From an uncultured delta proteobacterium (GTDB lineage Bacteria; Myxococcota_A; Polyangia; Fen-1088): 64,000 nt of DNA. Made by a program: the position numbers and the translations under genes. Positions 37,734-46,343 of this stretch are shown here, piece after piece. The notes beneath the pieces were generated by a model. That model searched no databases and had not been told where the DNA came from. It was given only the letters and a program-made list of their open reading frames with translations. The DNA is taken from contig CAVYGB010000009.1 of NCBI GenBank assembly GCA_963767925.1, positions 96,001 to 160,000 on the forward strand, read 5' to 3'. The stretch's first letter is position 1, and every line of letters starts with the position of its first letter.

Positions 37734-37843
37734 GGGCTGTGGGCATGTGGGCAAACGCGTCTGCGCGTCTGCGCGTCCGCTCTGCGCGTTTGTCCAAGGG
37801 CTGTGGGCAGTCTGCTGTCCACAGCCCGGCATGTCCACAGCCC
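37734..37843 (+). repeat. Three-way-junction palindrome (REP-like)
   Basis: Outer GGGCTGTGGGCATG / CATGTCCACAGCCC; inner TGGGCAAACGCG / CGCGTTTGTCCA and GGGCTGTGGGCAG / CTGTCCACAGCCC. Confidence 0.85.
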
Positions 37844-37847
37844 ACCC

Positions 37848-38366
37848 CCGCCCCAGCGCCGCCCCTTCCGCCATCGGGCGCCCGCCCCAGCGCCGCCCCT
37901 TCCGCCATCGGGCGCCCGCCCCAGCGCCGCCCCTTCCGCCATCGGGCGCCCGCCCCAGCACCGCCCCTTCCGCCATCGGGCGCCCGCCCCAGCACCGCCC
38001 CTTCCGCCATCGGGCGCCCGCCCCAGCGCCGCCCCTTCCGCCATCGGGCGCCCGCCCCAGCGCCGCCCCTTCCGCCATCGGGCGCCCGCCCCAGCACCGC
38101 CCCTTCCGCCATCGGGCGCCCGCCCCAGCGCCGCCCCTTCCGCCATCGGGCGCCCGCCCCAGCACCGCCCCTTCCGCCATCGGGGTGCCCGCCCCAGCAC
38201 CGCCCCTTCCGCCATCGGGCGCCCGCCCCAGCACCGCCCCTTCCGCCATCGGGCGCCCGCCCCAGCACCGGCACCGCCCCTTCCGCCATCGGGCGCCCGC
38301 CCCAGCGCCGCCCCTTCCGCCATCGGGCGCCCGCCCCAGCGCCGCCCCTTCCGCCATCCGGCGCCC
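37848..38366. repeat. 15 tandem copies of a 34-bp unit
   Basis: CCGCCCCAGC(G/A)CCGCCCCTTCCGCCATCGGGCGC; CCATC anchors at 37871, 37905 ... 38354; junctions form the palindrome CGGGCGCCCG. Confidence 0.97.
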
Positions 38367-38480
38367 GCTTCAGGCCGGCGCCGCCGTTCCGCCGTCCATC
38401 GCCCGCCGTCGCGCGCCTTCGTCGACGTTGCGCGGACCAGCTCCCTCGCGTCTCTCGTCCGATCGGCAGGACGATCGTAC

Positions 38481-38509
38481 TTGAAACTATGCCGCGTCTG
38501 AGTTACTAT
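38481..38509 (+). promoter_or_regulatory. sigma70-type promoter of the transposase
   Basis: TTGAAA-N17-TACTAT in an AT-rich patch, 12 bp before ATG 38522. Confidence 0.7.
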
Positions 38510-38521
38510 TGCCTCATTCAA

Positions 38522-39199
38522 ATGGGGGACCCCAAGCGCTGCGCTCAGCTCGCCTTGCCCCGGACGTCCGGGTGGGGTGGTCGACGGGAGGGGGCCGGGC
38601 GTCCTCCGATTGCCGGACCGAGGCGGCCGGCGCCGCATCGGACGCGGCCGCCCCACAAGGGCGCCCATCCGTTGCACGTGACCTTGCGGGCCAGGGCGGG
38701 GTTGGTCTCGTTGCGGAGCAAGCGGGTCTTCGGCGTGTTGCGGGACTGTTTTCGTGCGTCGAGCTCAGCAGGCTTCCGGGTCGTGCAGTTCTCGGTGCAG
38801 GCCGACCACGTGCACCTGTTGGTGGAAGCAGAGGACAAGGCGGCGCTGTCGGCCGGAGCGCGGGGGCTCGTGATCCGGAGCGCGCTGGCGATCAATCGAG
38901 CCTGCCAGCGCACCGGACGGATCTGGGGAGATCGGTACCATGCGCGCGAGCTGGCGACGCCGCGGGAAGTGCGCAATGCGCTGGTCTACGTTTTGATGAA
39001 CCACAAGAAGCATGGCCTTCGCGACCGCGGGCACATCGACCCCTGCTCATCGGCCCCCTGGTTCGACGGCTTCCGCGTCCCACCCGCGCCGCCGACCGAC
39101 CCACCGGTGACAAGCTCCCCCCTCACCTGGCTCGCAACGGTCGGCTGGCGTCGGCGCGGCCTGATCGACCCGACCGAGTCCCCCAAGACCGTTCTGTGA
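38522..39199 (+). mobile_element. RAYT / IS200-like Y1 HUH tyrosine transposase
   Basis: WGGRREGAGRP, PLHVTLR, FSVQADHVHLLVEA (HUH), IWGDRYHARELATPREVRNALVYVLMN (catalytic Tyr), DPCSSAPWFDG. Confidence 0.9.
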
Positions 39200-39337
39200 G
39201 CACCCGGCCTTCGCCGCTGAGGGCGCGCCGGTTGGGGGAAGGGGCGTTGTGCTGTGGGGGGACGTGGGCGGCGAGGGAGATGGACGGCGTGGCGACGTGG
39301 GCGGGGGCGCCGGAGAGCGAAGGGGGGCTGAACCGAC

Positions 39338-39404
39338 GGGGGCGGGGGCGGGGGCGAGGGCGGGGGCGAGGGGGGGGGCGAGGGGGGGGCGAGGGGGGGC
39401 GGGG
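39338..39404. repeat. G-rich (GGGGCG/GGGGGGGCGA)n tract
   Basis: Runs of 3-9 G separated by C or CGA. Confidence 0.85.
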
Positions 39405-39409
39405 TGTCT

Positions 39410-41156
39410 GGTGGGCGGCGAGGGATTCGTTGGCGGCGCGTTCGCCGGTTTCGAGGGCTCCGTGGACGGTTCCGAGGGCGCCTTCGGTGTGGGTGGCTTC
39501 GCCGAGCGAAGAAGAGGGTGGCGGCGACCGGGGCGGCGAGGTGGGCGGGGGCCGAGAGGCCGCCGGGCGGGAGGAAGGTGTAGGCGCCGCGGGCGTGTGG
39601 ATCGGCTTGCCAGTCGAAGACCCGGTGGGCTTCCAGGTCGGCGGCTAGGGCGGCGGGGTCCAGGCCCAGGCCGCGGGCCAGGCTGCGCAGGGCGGCTGCG
39701 GTCACGTCGTGGGCCGGGCGGCCGCGGAGGGCCTCGGCGGGGGGCCACCGGACCAGGCGACGAGGATGCGCCCCGCTCCGGCGGCGCCTGCCAGAAGGTG
39801 GGGAAGGGCGCCCGGGGGGGGTGCAGGAAGGTGAAGGCGCCGGCTTCCGCGTGGCCGCTACGCCGCGCCTGCCCGCCGCGCTGTCGCTGCGGGCCGCTGC
39901 CTGGCCGGCGCTGCGGGCCGCTGCCTTGGCGCTGGATCCGCGGGCGGGCCGCTGCCTGGCCACGGGCGCTGCCGGCGCTGCCGCTGCCGGCCGCCGCCTT
40001 GGCGCCGGAGCGGGACGCCGCTTTGGTGGCGCTGCGGGACGCTGCTTTGGTGGCGCTGCGGGACGCTGCTTTGGTGGCGCTGCGGGACGCTGCTTTGGTG
40101 GCGCTGCGGGACGCTGCTTTGGTGGCGCTGCGGGACGCTGCTTTGGTGGCGCTGCGGGACGCTGCTTTGGTGGCGCTGCGGACGCTGCCTGGCCGTGGTC
40201 ACCTTCGCTGCGGGTCGCCCACTGCCCGCCCGGGGGGGGCCTTGCCGGGTACTACGGCGGTTAGGGGGTGGCGGAAGCGGAGGAGGGTGCGGACGACCGG
40301 GCCGACCTGCAGGGTGCGGATGGCGTGGCGCTTATCGGCGGGCAGGGGGGGATCGAAGCGGACGGCGCCGGGGGTGCGGGGGTTGGCCATGAGAACGCCG
40401 AGGGGGAGGGTGACGACCAGCGCCCGGGCCCGCACCGGGGGGGGGAGCGGGCCGAGGACGTTGCGCGCCTCGATCGTGACGGCGCCGCGCCGCCATGTGA
40501 CGATGCGGGCCTCGACGCCGAGGCGCAACTCGGCGCCGGCGTGCTCGGCGCGGGCGGCCAGACGCTCGACAAGCGGGCGGTAGCCGCCCTGGACGCGGAA
40601 CAGGCGGTCGCCGTCGATCTCCGCGGCGCCAGGGTCTCCTGCCGCAGGCCCTGCATGCCTCTATCCGGTCGGCGGGAGCGGCGTTGATGCCCTCGACGTA
40701 GGCGCGCAGCAGGCTCTGCACGTCGGGGCCGGCCTGCCGCCGCCAGCCGGCCTGGGTCGCCAGCTCCTCGAAGGACCGATCGCGCCCGGCCTGCGGCAGC
40801 TCCTCCAGCAGGGCCAGCGCCGCCTGCCAGCGGCCGTCGACCCGGGCAAAGCGGCGGCTGTCGCCCTGCCATGGCGCTCGGGCACCTCGTGCAGGCGCAG
40901 CCGCGCCCGCCGCAGCAGCGACAGCAGGATGGGCGGCCGGCCGTGCACGAACTCCGCCCCCCGCCTCGATCGGCCCCGGCCAGTCCGGCTCGGTCCGGGT
41001 GTCGACCCGCCCGCCGACCCGATCGCGCGCCTCGAGCACCAGCACGCGCGCGGCGCCCGCCGCGAGCGCCCGCGCCGCGGCCAGCCCCGCCACCCCGGCG
41101 CCGAGCACCACCACATCCCAGCGCCCGCCGGCGGTGGGGCGGCGGCTGGCGGACAT
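39410..41156 (-). pseudogene. Flavin monoamine oxidase family gene with multiple frameshifts and a repeat insertion
   Basis: DVVVLGAGVAGLAAA...LEARDRVGGR; AEFVHG; LVVTLPLGVL; DWQADPHARGAY; LFFA/GEAT...GTVHGALETGERAA, spread over several frames. Confidence 0.82.
40017..40188. repeat. Seven tandem 24-bp repeats inside the amine-oxidase gene
   Basis: CTTTGGTGGCGCTGCGGGACGCTG at 40021, 40045, 40069, 40093, 40117, 40141 and 40165. Confidence 0.96.
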
Positions 41157-41202
41157 GTCCAGCCACGGTGGGTACGTCCGGCCGGAGCGGCCAGTAGATT
41201 CC

Positions 41203-41546
41203 GCCGCTGACGGCGCAGACCCCTCACCCTCGACCCTCTCCCCGCGGCGGACCGCGGGGCGAGGGCGAACAGGTGCGGGGTGGCGAGCGCCGCTGGCGGC
41301 GCAGACCCTTCACCGTCGACGCTCGTCGCGCGGCGGACGGCGGGGCGAGGGCAAACAGGTGCGGGGTGGCGAGCGCCGCTGGCGGCGCAGACCCTTCACC
41401 GTCGACGCTCGTCGCGCGGCGGACGGCGGGGCGAGGGCAAACAGGTGCGGGGTGGCGAGCGCCGCTGGCGGCGCAGACCCCTCACCCTCGACCCTCTCCC
41501 CGCGGCGGACGGCGGGGCGAGGGCAAACAGGTGCGGGGTGGCGAGC
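41203..41546. repeat. Four tandem 86-bp REP-like units (A-B-B-A variants)
   Basis: Units start at 41203, 41289, 41375 and 41461; copies 1 and 4 carry CCCTCACCCTCGACCCTCTCCCC...GGGGCGAGGG, copies 2 and 3 carry CCTTCACCGTCGACGCTCGTCGC. Confidence 0.93.
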
Positions 41547-41788
41547 GGACCGTCCGTGGGCGAGCATTGCAGCGACCGGTGCTGGGCGGCGGGCGCACCC
41601 TCCCTGGCACGCCTTGGCCTTTGCCTACAGGAGGGGGCGCGTGCAAAGAGCTGCGGAGTCGGGTGGGGGGGACTCTCGGTCAGGGAACCCGCTGCTTGTG
41701 TTGCCCTCTCCCCGGCCGTCTGCGGCCGGGAGGGGGCGATGGCCCGGACCTCGTTGCGCCTGCCTGAACGCTGCCGCCGCCGTCCGGG

Positions 41789-44161
41789 TCACTCGGTGGC
41801 GTTCTTCTCCTTCAACAGGCGCCACACCTTTTCTGGGGTGATGGGGATGTCGATGTGGCGGACGCCGAGGTGGGCGAGGGCGTCGACGACGGCGTTGGCG
41901 ATGGCGGGGGGGGCGCCCACCGTGGCGGATTCGCCGACGCCTTTGGCGCCGAAGGGGTGGTGGGGGGACGGCGTGACGGTGTGGGCGGTCTCCCAGTTGG
42001 GGGTCTCCATGGCCGTCGGGACGAGGTAGTCCATGAAGCTGCCGCCCTGGATGTTGCCGTCCTCGTCGTAGCTGATCTCCTCGAGCAGGGCGGGGGCCAT
42101 GCCCATCGAGAGGCCGCCGTGGATCTGGCCCTGCACGATCATCGGGTTGATGATGTTGCCGCAGTCGTCGACGGCGACGAAGCGGCGGATCTTCACCTCG
42201 CCGGTGCCGCGGTCGATGTCGACGACGCAGATGTAGCTGCCGAAGGGGAAGGTCAGGTTGGGCGGGTCGTAATAGGAGCTGGCCTCCAGGCCCGCCTCCA
42301 TCCCCGGAGGGTGGTTGGTGTAGGCGGCGAAGGCGATCTCCTGGATGGTCTTCGCGCGCGCGGGCGCGCCCTTGACCGAGAACTTGCCGATCTCCCAGAC
42401 CAGGTCCTCCTCGCTCACCTCCAGCAGGTGGGCGGCGATCTTGCGCGCCTTGTCCCGGATCTTGCGCGCGGCGAGGGCCCCCGCCGCGCCCGCGGTGGGG
42501 GTGGAGCGGCTGGCGTAGGTCCCCAGGCCGTAGGGGGCCGTGTCGGTGTCCCCCTCCTCGACCTGCACGTGGCCGGCCGGGATGCCGAGCTCCTCGGCGA
42601 CGATCTGGGCGTAGGTCGTCTCGTGGCCCTGGCCCTGGGACTTGGTGCCGAAGCGGGCGATGGCCTTGCCGGTGGGGTGGATCCGGATCTCGCAGGAGTC
42701 GAACATCTTGATGCCGAGGATGTCGAACTGCTTCGAGGGGCCGGCCCCCACGATCTCGGTGAAGCTGGAGATGCCGATGCCCATCAGCTCGCCCCGCTGG
42801 CGCTTCTCCGCCTGCTCGCGCCGGAGCTCGGCGTAGCCGATCATCTCCATCGCCTTGTGGAGGGCGCCGGCGTAGTTGCCGCTGTCGTATTCCCAGCCGA
42901 GGGCCGATTTGTAGGGGAACTTGTCGGCGGGGATGAAGTTCTGCAAGCGCAGCTCGGCCGGGTCTCGTTTCAGATCCTGGGCCAGGATGTCGACCATGCG
43001 CTCGATGGCGTGGGCCGCCTCGGTCACCCGGAACGAGCAGCGGTAGGCGATCCCGCCGGGCGGCTTGTTGGTGTAGACCCCGTCGACCTCGGTGAAGGCG
43101 GTCTTGACGTCGTACGACCCCGTGCAGATCGAGAACAGCCCGGCCGGGAACTTCGAGGGGTTGGCGGCGGCGTCGGCGTAGCCGTGGTCGGCCAGGGTCT
43201 TGATGCGCAGGCCGGTGATGGTGCCGTCCTTGCTGGCGGCCAGCTCGGCGTCCATGTGGTAGTCGCGGGCGAAGGAGTCGGCCTGCAGGTTCTCCATGCG
43301 GTCCTCGATCCACTTGATCGGCTTGCCGGTGACAACCGAGGCGGCCACCGCGATCACGTAGCCCGGGTAGACCGGCACCTTGCCCCCGAACCCGCCGCCG
43401 ATGTCGGGGGCGATGATCCGGATCCGCTCCTCGGACAGGCCCACGTGCCCGGCCACCAGGGCGAACACGGTGCGGATGGCGTGGGGGGCCTGGGTGGTCA
43501 TCCAGACCGTGAGCTTGCCCTCGGTCTTGTCGAAGGCCGCCACGCAGCCGCAGGTCTCGATGGAGGCGACGTGGATGCGCGGGATGTAGATGCGCTGCTT
43601 GACGGTGACGGCGGCTTCCTTGAACACCTTGTCGGTGGCGGCGCGGTCGCCCACCTCCCAGTGGAAGATGTGGTTGTCCTTCTTGTCGGGCTTGTCGGTG
43701 CGGAGCACGGGGGCCCCGGGGGCCAGCGCCTTCCAGGGATCGACCACCACCGGCAGCGGCTCGTAGTCGACCTCGACGGCGGCCACCCCGTCGGCGGCGG
43801 TGTAGCGGTCGGTGGCGATGACGGCCGCCACCTCCTGAGCCTGGTACATCACCTTCTCGATGGGCAGCACCATCTGGGTGTCCGACATCAGCGTCGGCAT
43901 CCAGTGCAGCTTGTACTTGGCCAGCGTCTCACCCGTGATCACGGCGAGCACGCCCGGCACCTTCAGCGCCCGGCTGGCGTCGATCTTCTTGATCTTGGCG
44001 TGGGCGAAGGGGCTGCGCACGATGTCCATGGTCAACATGCCGGGCAACACCACGTCGTCGACGAATTTGCCCTGGCCCCGGATGAAGCGCGGATCCTCCT
44101 TGCGCTTCATCGAATGCCCCATGCCACACACCTGGGCGGACGTTCGCGGCTCCGAGCTCAT
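41789..44161 (-). CDS. coxL: Aerobic Mo-Cu carbon monoxide dehydrogenase large subunit, form I
   Basis: MGHSMKRKEDPRFIRGQG, GGGFGGK, active-site AYRCSFR (form I signature), GQGHETT, GAKGVGE; ATGA overlap with coxS. Confidence 0.96.
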   Translation of the reverse strand: MSSEPRTSAQVCGMGHSMKRKEDPRFIRGQGKFVDDVVLPGMLTMDIVRSPFAHAKIKKIDASRALKVPGVLAVITGETLAKYKLHWMPTLMSDTQMVLPIEKVMYQAQEVAAVIATDRYTAADGVAAVEVDYEPLPVVVDPWKALAPGAPVLRTDKPDKKDNHIFHWEVGDRAATDKVFKEAAVTVKQRIYIPRIHVASIETCGCVAAFDKTEGKLTVWMTTQAPHAIRTVFALVAGHVGLSEERIRIIAPDIGGGFGGKVPVYPGYVIAVAASVVTGKPIKWIEDRMENLQADSFARDYHMDAELAASKDGTITGLRIKTLADHGYADAAANPSKFPAGLFSICTGSYDVKTAFTEVDGVYTNKPPGGIAYRCSFRVTEAAHAIERMVDILAQDLKRDPAELRLQNFIPADKFPYKSALGWEYDSGNYAGALHKAMEMIGYAELRREQAEKRQRGELMGIGISSFTEIVGAGPSKQFDILGIKMFDSCEIRIHPTGKAIARFGTKSQGQGHETTYAQIVAEELGIPAGHVQVEEGDTDTAPYGLGTYASRSTPTAGAAGALAARKIRDKARKIAAHLLEVSEEDLVWEIGKFSVKGAPARAKTIQEIAFAAYTNHPPGMEAGLEASSYYDPPNLTFPFGSYICVVDIDRGTGEVKIRRFVAVDDCGNIINPMIVQGQIHGGLSMGMAPALLEEISYDEDGNIQGGSFMDYLVPTAMETPNWETAHTVTPSPHHPFGAKGVGESATVGAPPAIANAVVDALAHLGVRHIDIPITPEKVWRLLKEKNATE

Positions 44162-44652
44162 GGCGTGCCTCCCGGGTTGGGGGTCGACGAGGTGGCGGCG
44201 GCGTGGCGGACCGCCTTGATGATGTTGACGTAGCCGGTACAGCGGCACAGGTTGCCGGAGATGGCCTGGCGCACCTCCCCCTCGCTGGGGTCGGGGTTGC
44301 GGGCCAGCAGGGCCACGCTGGTGATCATCATGCCGGGCGTGCAGAAGCCACACTGCAGGCCGTGCTGGCTCATGAAGGCCTCCTGGACCGCGTGCAGCTT
44401 GCCGTCCTGCTCGAGCCCCTCGACGGTGGTGATGCGCCGACCCTGGGCCTGCACCGCCAGCACCGTGCACGACTTGACCGGCACGTCGTCCAGCAAGATG
44501 GTGCAGGCCCCGCAGTGGGTGGTCTCGCAGCCGATGTGGGTGCCGGTCAGGCGGAGCTGCTCGCGCAGCAGGTGGACGAGCAGCAGGCGCGAGTCGACCT
44601 GCGCCCGGTGGCTGGAGCCGTTGACGGTGACCTGGATGTCGTGTTTGCCCAT
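44158..44652 (-). CDS. coxS: CO dehydrogenase small (2Fe-2S) subunit
   Basis: GCETTHCGAC, QCGFCTPG, GNLCRCTGY. Confidence 0.96.
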   Translation of the reverse strand: MGKHDIQVTVNGSSHRAQVDSRLLLVHLLREQLRLTGTHIGCETTHCGACTILLDDVPVKSCTVLAVQAQGRRITTVEGLEQDGKLHAVQEAFMSQHGLQCGFCTPGMMITSVALLARNPDPSEGEVRQAISGNLCRCTGYVNIIKAVRHAAATSSTPNPGGTP

Positions 44653-44654
44653 GG

Positions 44655-45527
44655 CTATCTCCCTCCTCCGGCCCGCGCGGCGGCGGCGCCCAGCGCCCGG
44701 GCGGTGAGCACCCGGGCCATCTCGGTCTTGTAGTCGACCCCACCCCGGCGGTCCGGGCTGGGGCTGGTGGCGGCGGCGGCGCGCCGGGCGGCCTCGGCGA
44801 AGGTGGCGGCCTCGGGCTTCTTGCCCGCCAGGTAGGCCTCGGCGTCGGTCGCCCGGATCGGCATCGGGCCGAGGTTGGTCAGGCCGATGCCGGCGCGGGC
44901 GATGGTCCCCCCGGTGATGACCAGGAAGGCCGCCGCCCCGGCGGTGGCGAAGTCGCCCACCTTGCGCTCGAGCTTGTGGTAGGCGCCGCCGCTGCCCGGC
45001 GGAGGTGCCGGCACCCGCACCTCGGTCAGCACCTCGGTGGGGTCGAGGGCGGTCGCGAACAGGCCGGTGAAGAACCTCGTCAGGGGGATGGTCCGCGTCC
45101 CCTTGCTGCCGGTGGCCACCACCTCGGCGCCGAGGGCCAGCATGGTGGCGGGGTGGTCGTTGGCCGGGTCGCCGTGGGCCAGGTTGCCGGCGACGGTGGC
45201 CAGGTTGCGCACCAGCGGGTCGGCGATGACCCGGGCGGTGTCGAGCAGGATGGGGTACTTCGATCGGATGAGGGGCGAGGCCTCGAGCGCCGCCTCGCGC
45301 ACCAGGGCCCCGATACGCAGAAAGCCCCCCTCCTCCTTCAGGTAGTCGAGGTCGGGGATACGGCCGATGTCGACCAGGTGGGCCGGCTGGGCCAGCCGCA
45401 GCTTGAGCAGAGGCAGCAGGCTCTGCCCACCCGAGAGGATCTTGGCCTCGTCGCCGAAACGCCCCAGCAGGGCCACCGCCTCCGGCAAGCTCGCCGGGGC
45501 GTGGTAATCGAAGTTCGGTGGGATCAT
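44655..45527 (-). CDS. coxM: CO dehydrogenase medium (FAD) subunit
   Basis: MIPPNFDYHAP, SGGQSLLPLLKLR, IADPLVRNLATVAGN, HGDPANDHPA, KLERKVGDFA. Confidence 0.95.
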   Translation of the reverse strand: MIPPNFDYHAPASLPEAVALLGRFGDEAKILSGGQSLLPLLKLRLAQPAHLVDIGRIPDLDYLKEEGGFLRIGALVREAALEASPLIRSKYPILLDTARVIADPLVRNLATVAGNLAHGDPANDHPATMLALGAEVVATGSKGTRTIPLTRFFTGLFATALDPTEVLTEVRVPAPPPGSGGAYHKLERKVGDFATAGAAAFLVITGGTIARAGIGLTNLGPMPIRATDAEAYLAGKKPEAATFAEAARRAAAATSPSPDRRGGVDYKTEMARVLTARALGAAAARAGGGR

Positions 45528-45563
45528 CGGCTCACACTCCCTTTCTGTTGAGGACCCTGAGGG

Positions 45564-46322
45564 TCATCGCGACACGAGCCAGTAGAAGAACAGCAGGAGC
45601 AGCACCACCAGCCAGAAGCCGGGCCGCTTGAGCAGGCGCAGGAGGGCGCGCCCGAGGACACCGCCGCCGAAGGAGAGCACCTCGATGGGTGGCGCCTGCT
45701 GCGCTTGCGGCGGCGAGGCGGCGCTGGCAGGAAGCTGCCCGTAGTTGTCGTCGATGGCCTCTCCCGCCGCCGCGGCCGCGCCGGCGCCGTTGGTCGCTCC
45801 GTGGCCGTTGCTCGATCCGCCAGCCGTCGTCGTCGTCCCCGCGCTGGCGCTCGCCGTGGGGGCGGCGGGGGCCTCGAGCTGGGCGCGCATCGCCTCGGTG
45901 AAGCGGCCCACCATCTGGTTGGAGACGTCCTGGATCATGCCCCGGCCGAACTGGGCCAGGATGCCGGTGACGTTGACCTCGGAGGTCAGGCTGACCTCGG
46001 TCTCCCCGGGCGAGCGCTCGAGCAGGCGGCTACTCATGCGCAGGTCGGCGCCGCCGCGGCCGCTGGTGTCCTGGCCCGAGCCGACGATGCGGGCGGTGCG
46101 GGCGGCGGCGTCGAGCGCCTCGAAGCGCACAGTGCCGCGGTAGCGGGCCGAGACCGGGCCGACCTTGACGGTGATGGTGCCCTGGTAGCTGTCGTCGCCG
46201 ACCTTGTCGGTGATGGCGGCGCCCGGCAGGGCCGAGGCGACGCGGGTGGGATCGGTGAGGAAGGCCCAGACCCGGTCGGCGGGGGCTTTGACGACGAAGG
46301 CGTGCTGCAGTGAAAATCCCAT
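45564..46322 (-). CDS. coxG: CoxG (SRPBCC) membrane-anchored quinone-shuttle protein
   Basis: VWAFLTDP...VKVGPVSARYRG...LAQFGRGMIQDVS, C-terminal TM helix. Confidence 0.9.
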   Translation of the reverse strand: MGFSLQHAFVVKAPADRVWAFLTDPTRVASALPGAAITDKVGDDSYQGTITVKVGPVSARYRGTVRFEALDAAARTARIVGSGQDTSGRGGADLRMSSRLLERSPGETEVSLTSEVNVTGILAQFGRGMIQDVSNQMVGRFTEAMRAQLEAPAAPTASASAGTTTTAGGSSNGHGATNGAGAAAAAGEAIDDNYGQLPASAASPPQAQQAPPIEVLSFGGGVLGRALLRLLKRPGFWLVVLLLLFFYWLVSR

Positions 46323-46343
46323 GCTGGTTTCCTGGGTGCTGGG

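Noticed and set aside
37848..38366. CRISPR array (34-bp periodic repeat)
   Set aside because: Units are head-to-tail with no unique spacers and there are no cas genes; the same holds for the 75-, 24- and 86-bp arrays.
37024..38677. Long ORFs with ESESE and MAEGAALGRAPDGG repeats
   Set aside because: They are read-throughs of stop-free tandem repeats in several frames, with no sign of real coding.
41789..44161. Form II CoxL or xanthine dehydrogenase
   Set aside because: The active-site loop is AYRCSFR, not AYRGAGR.
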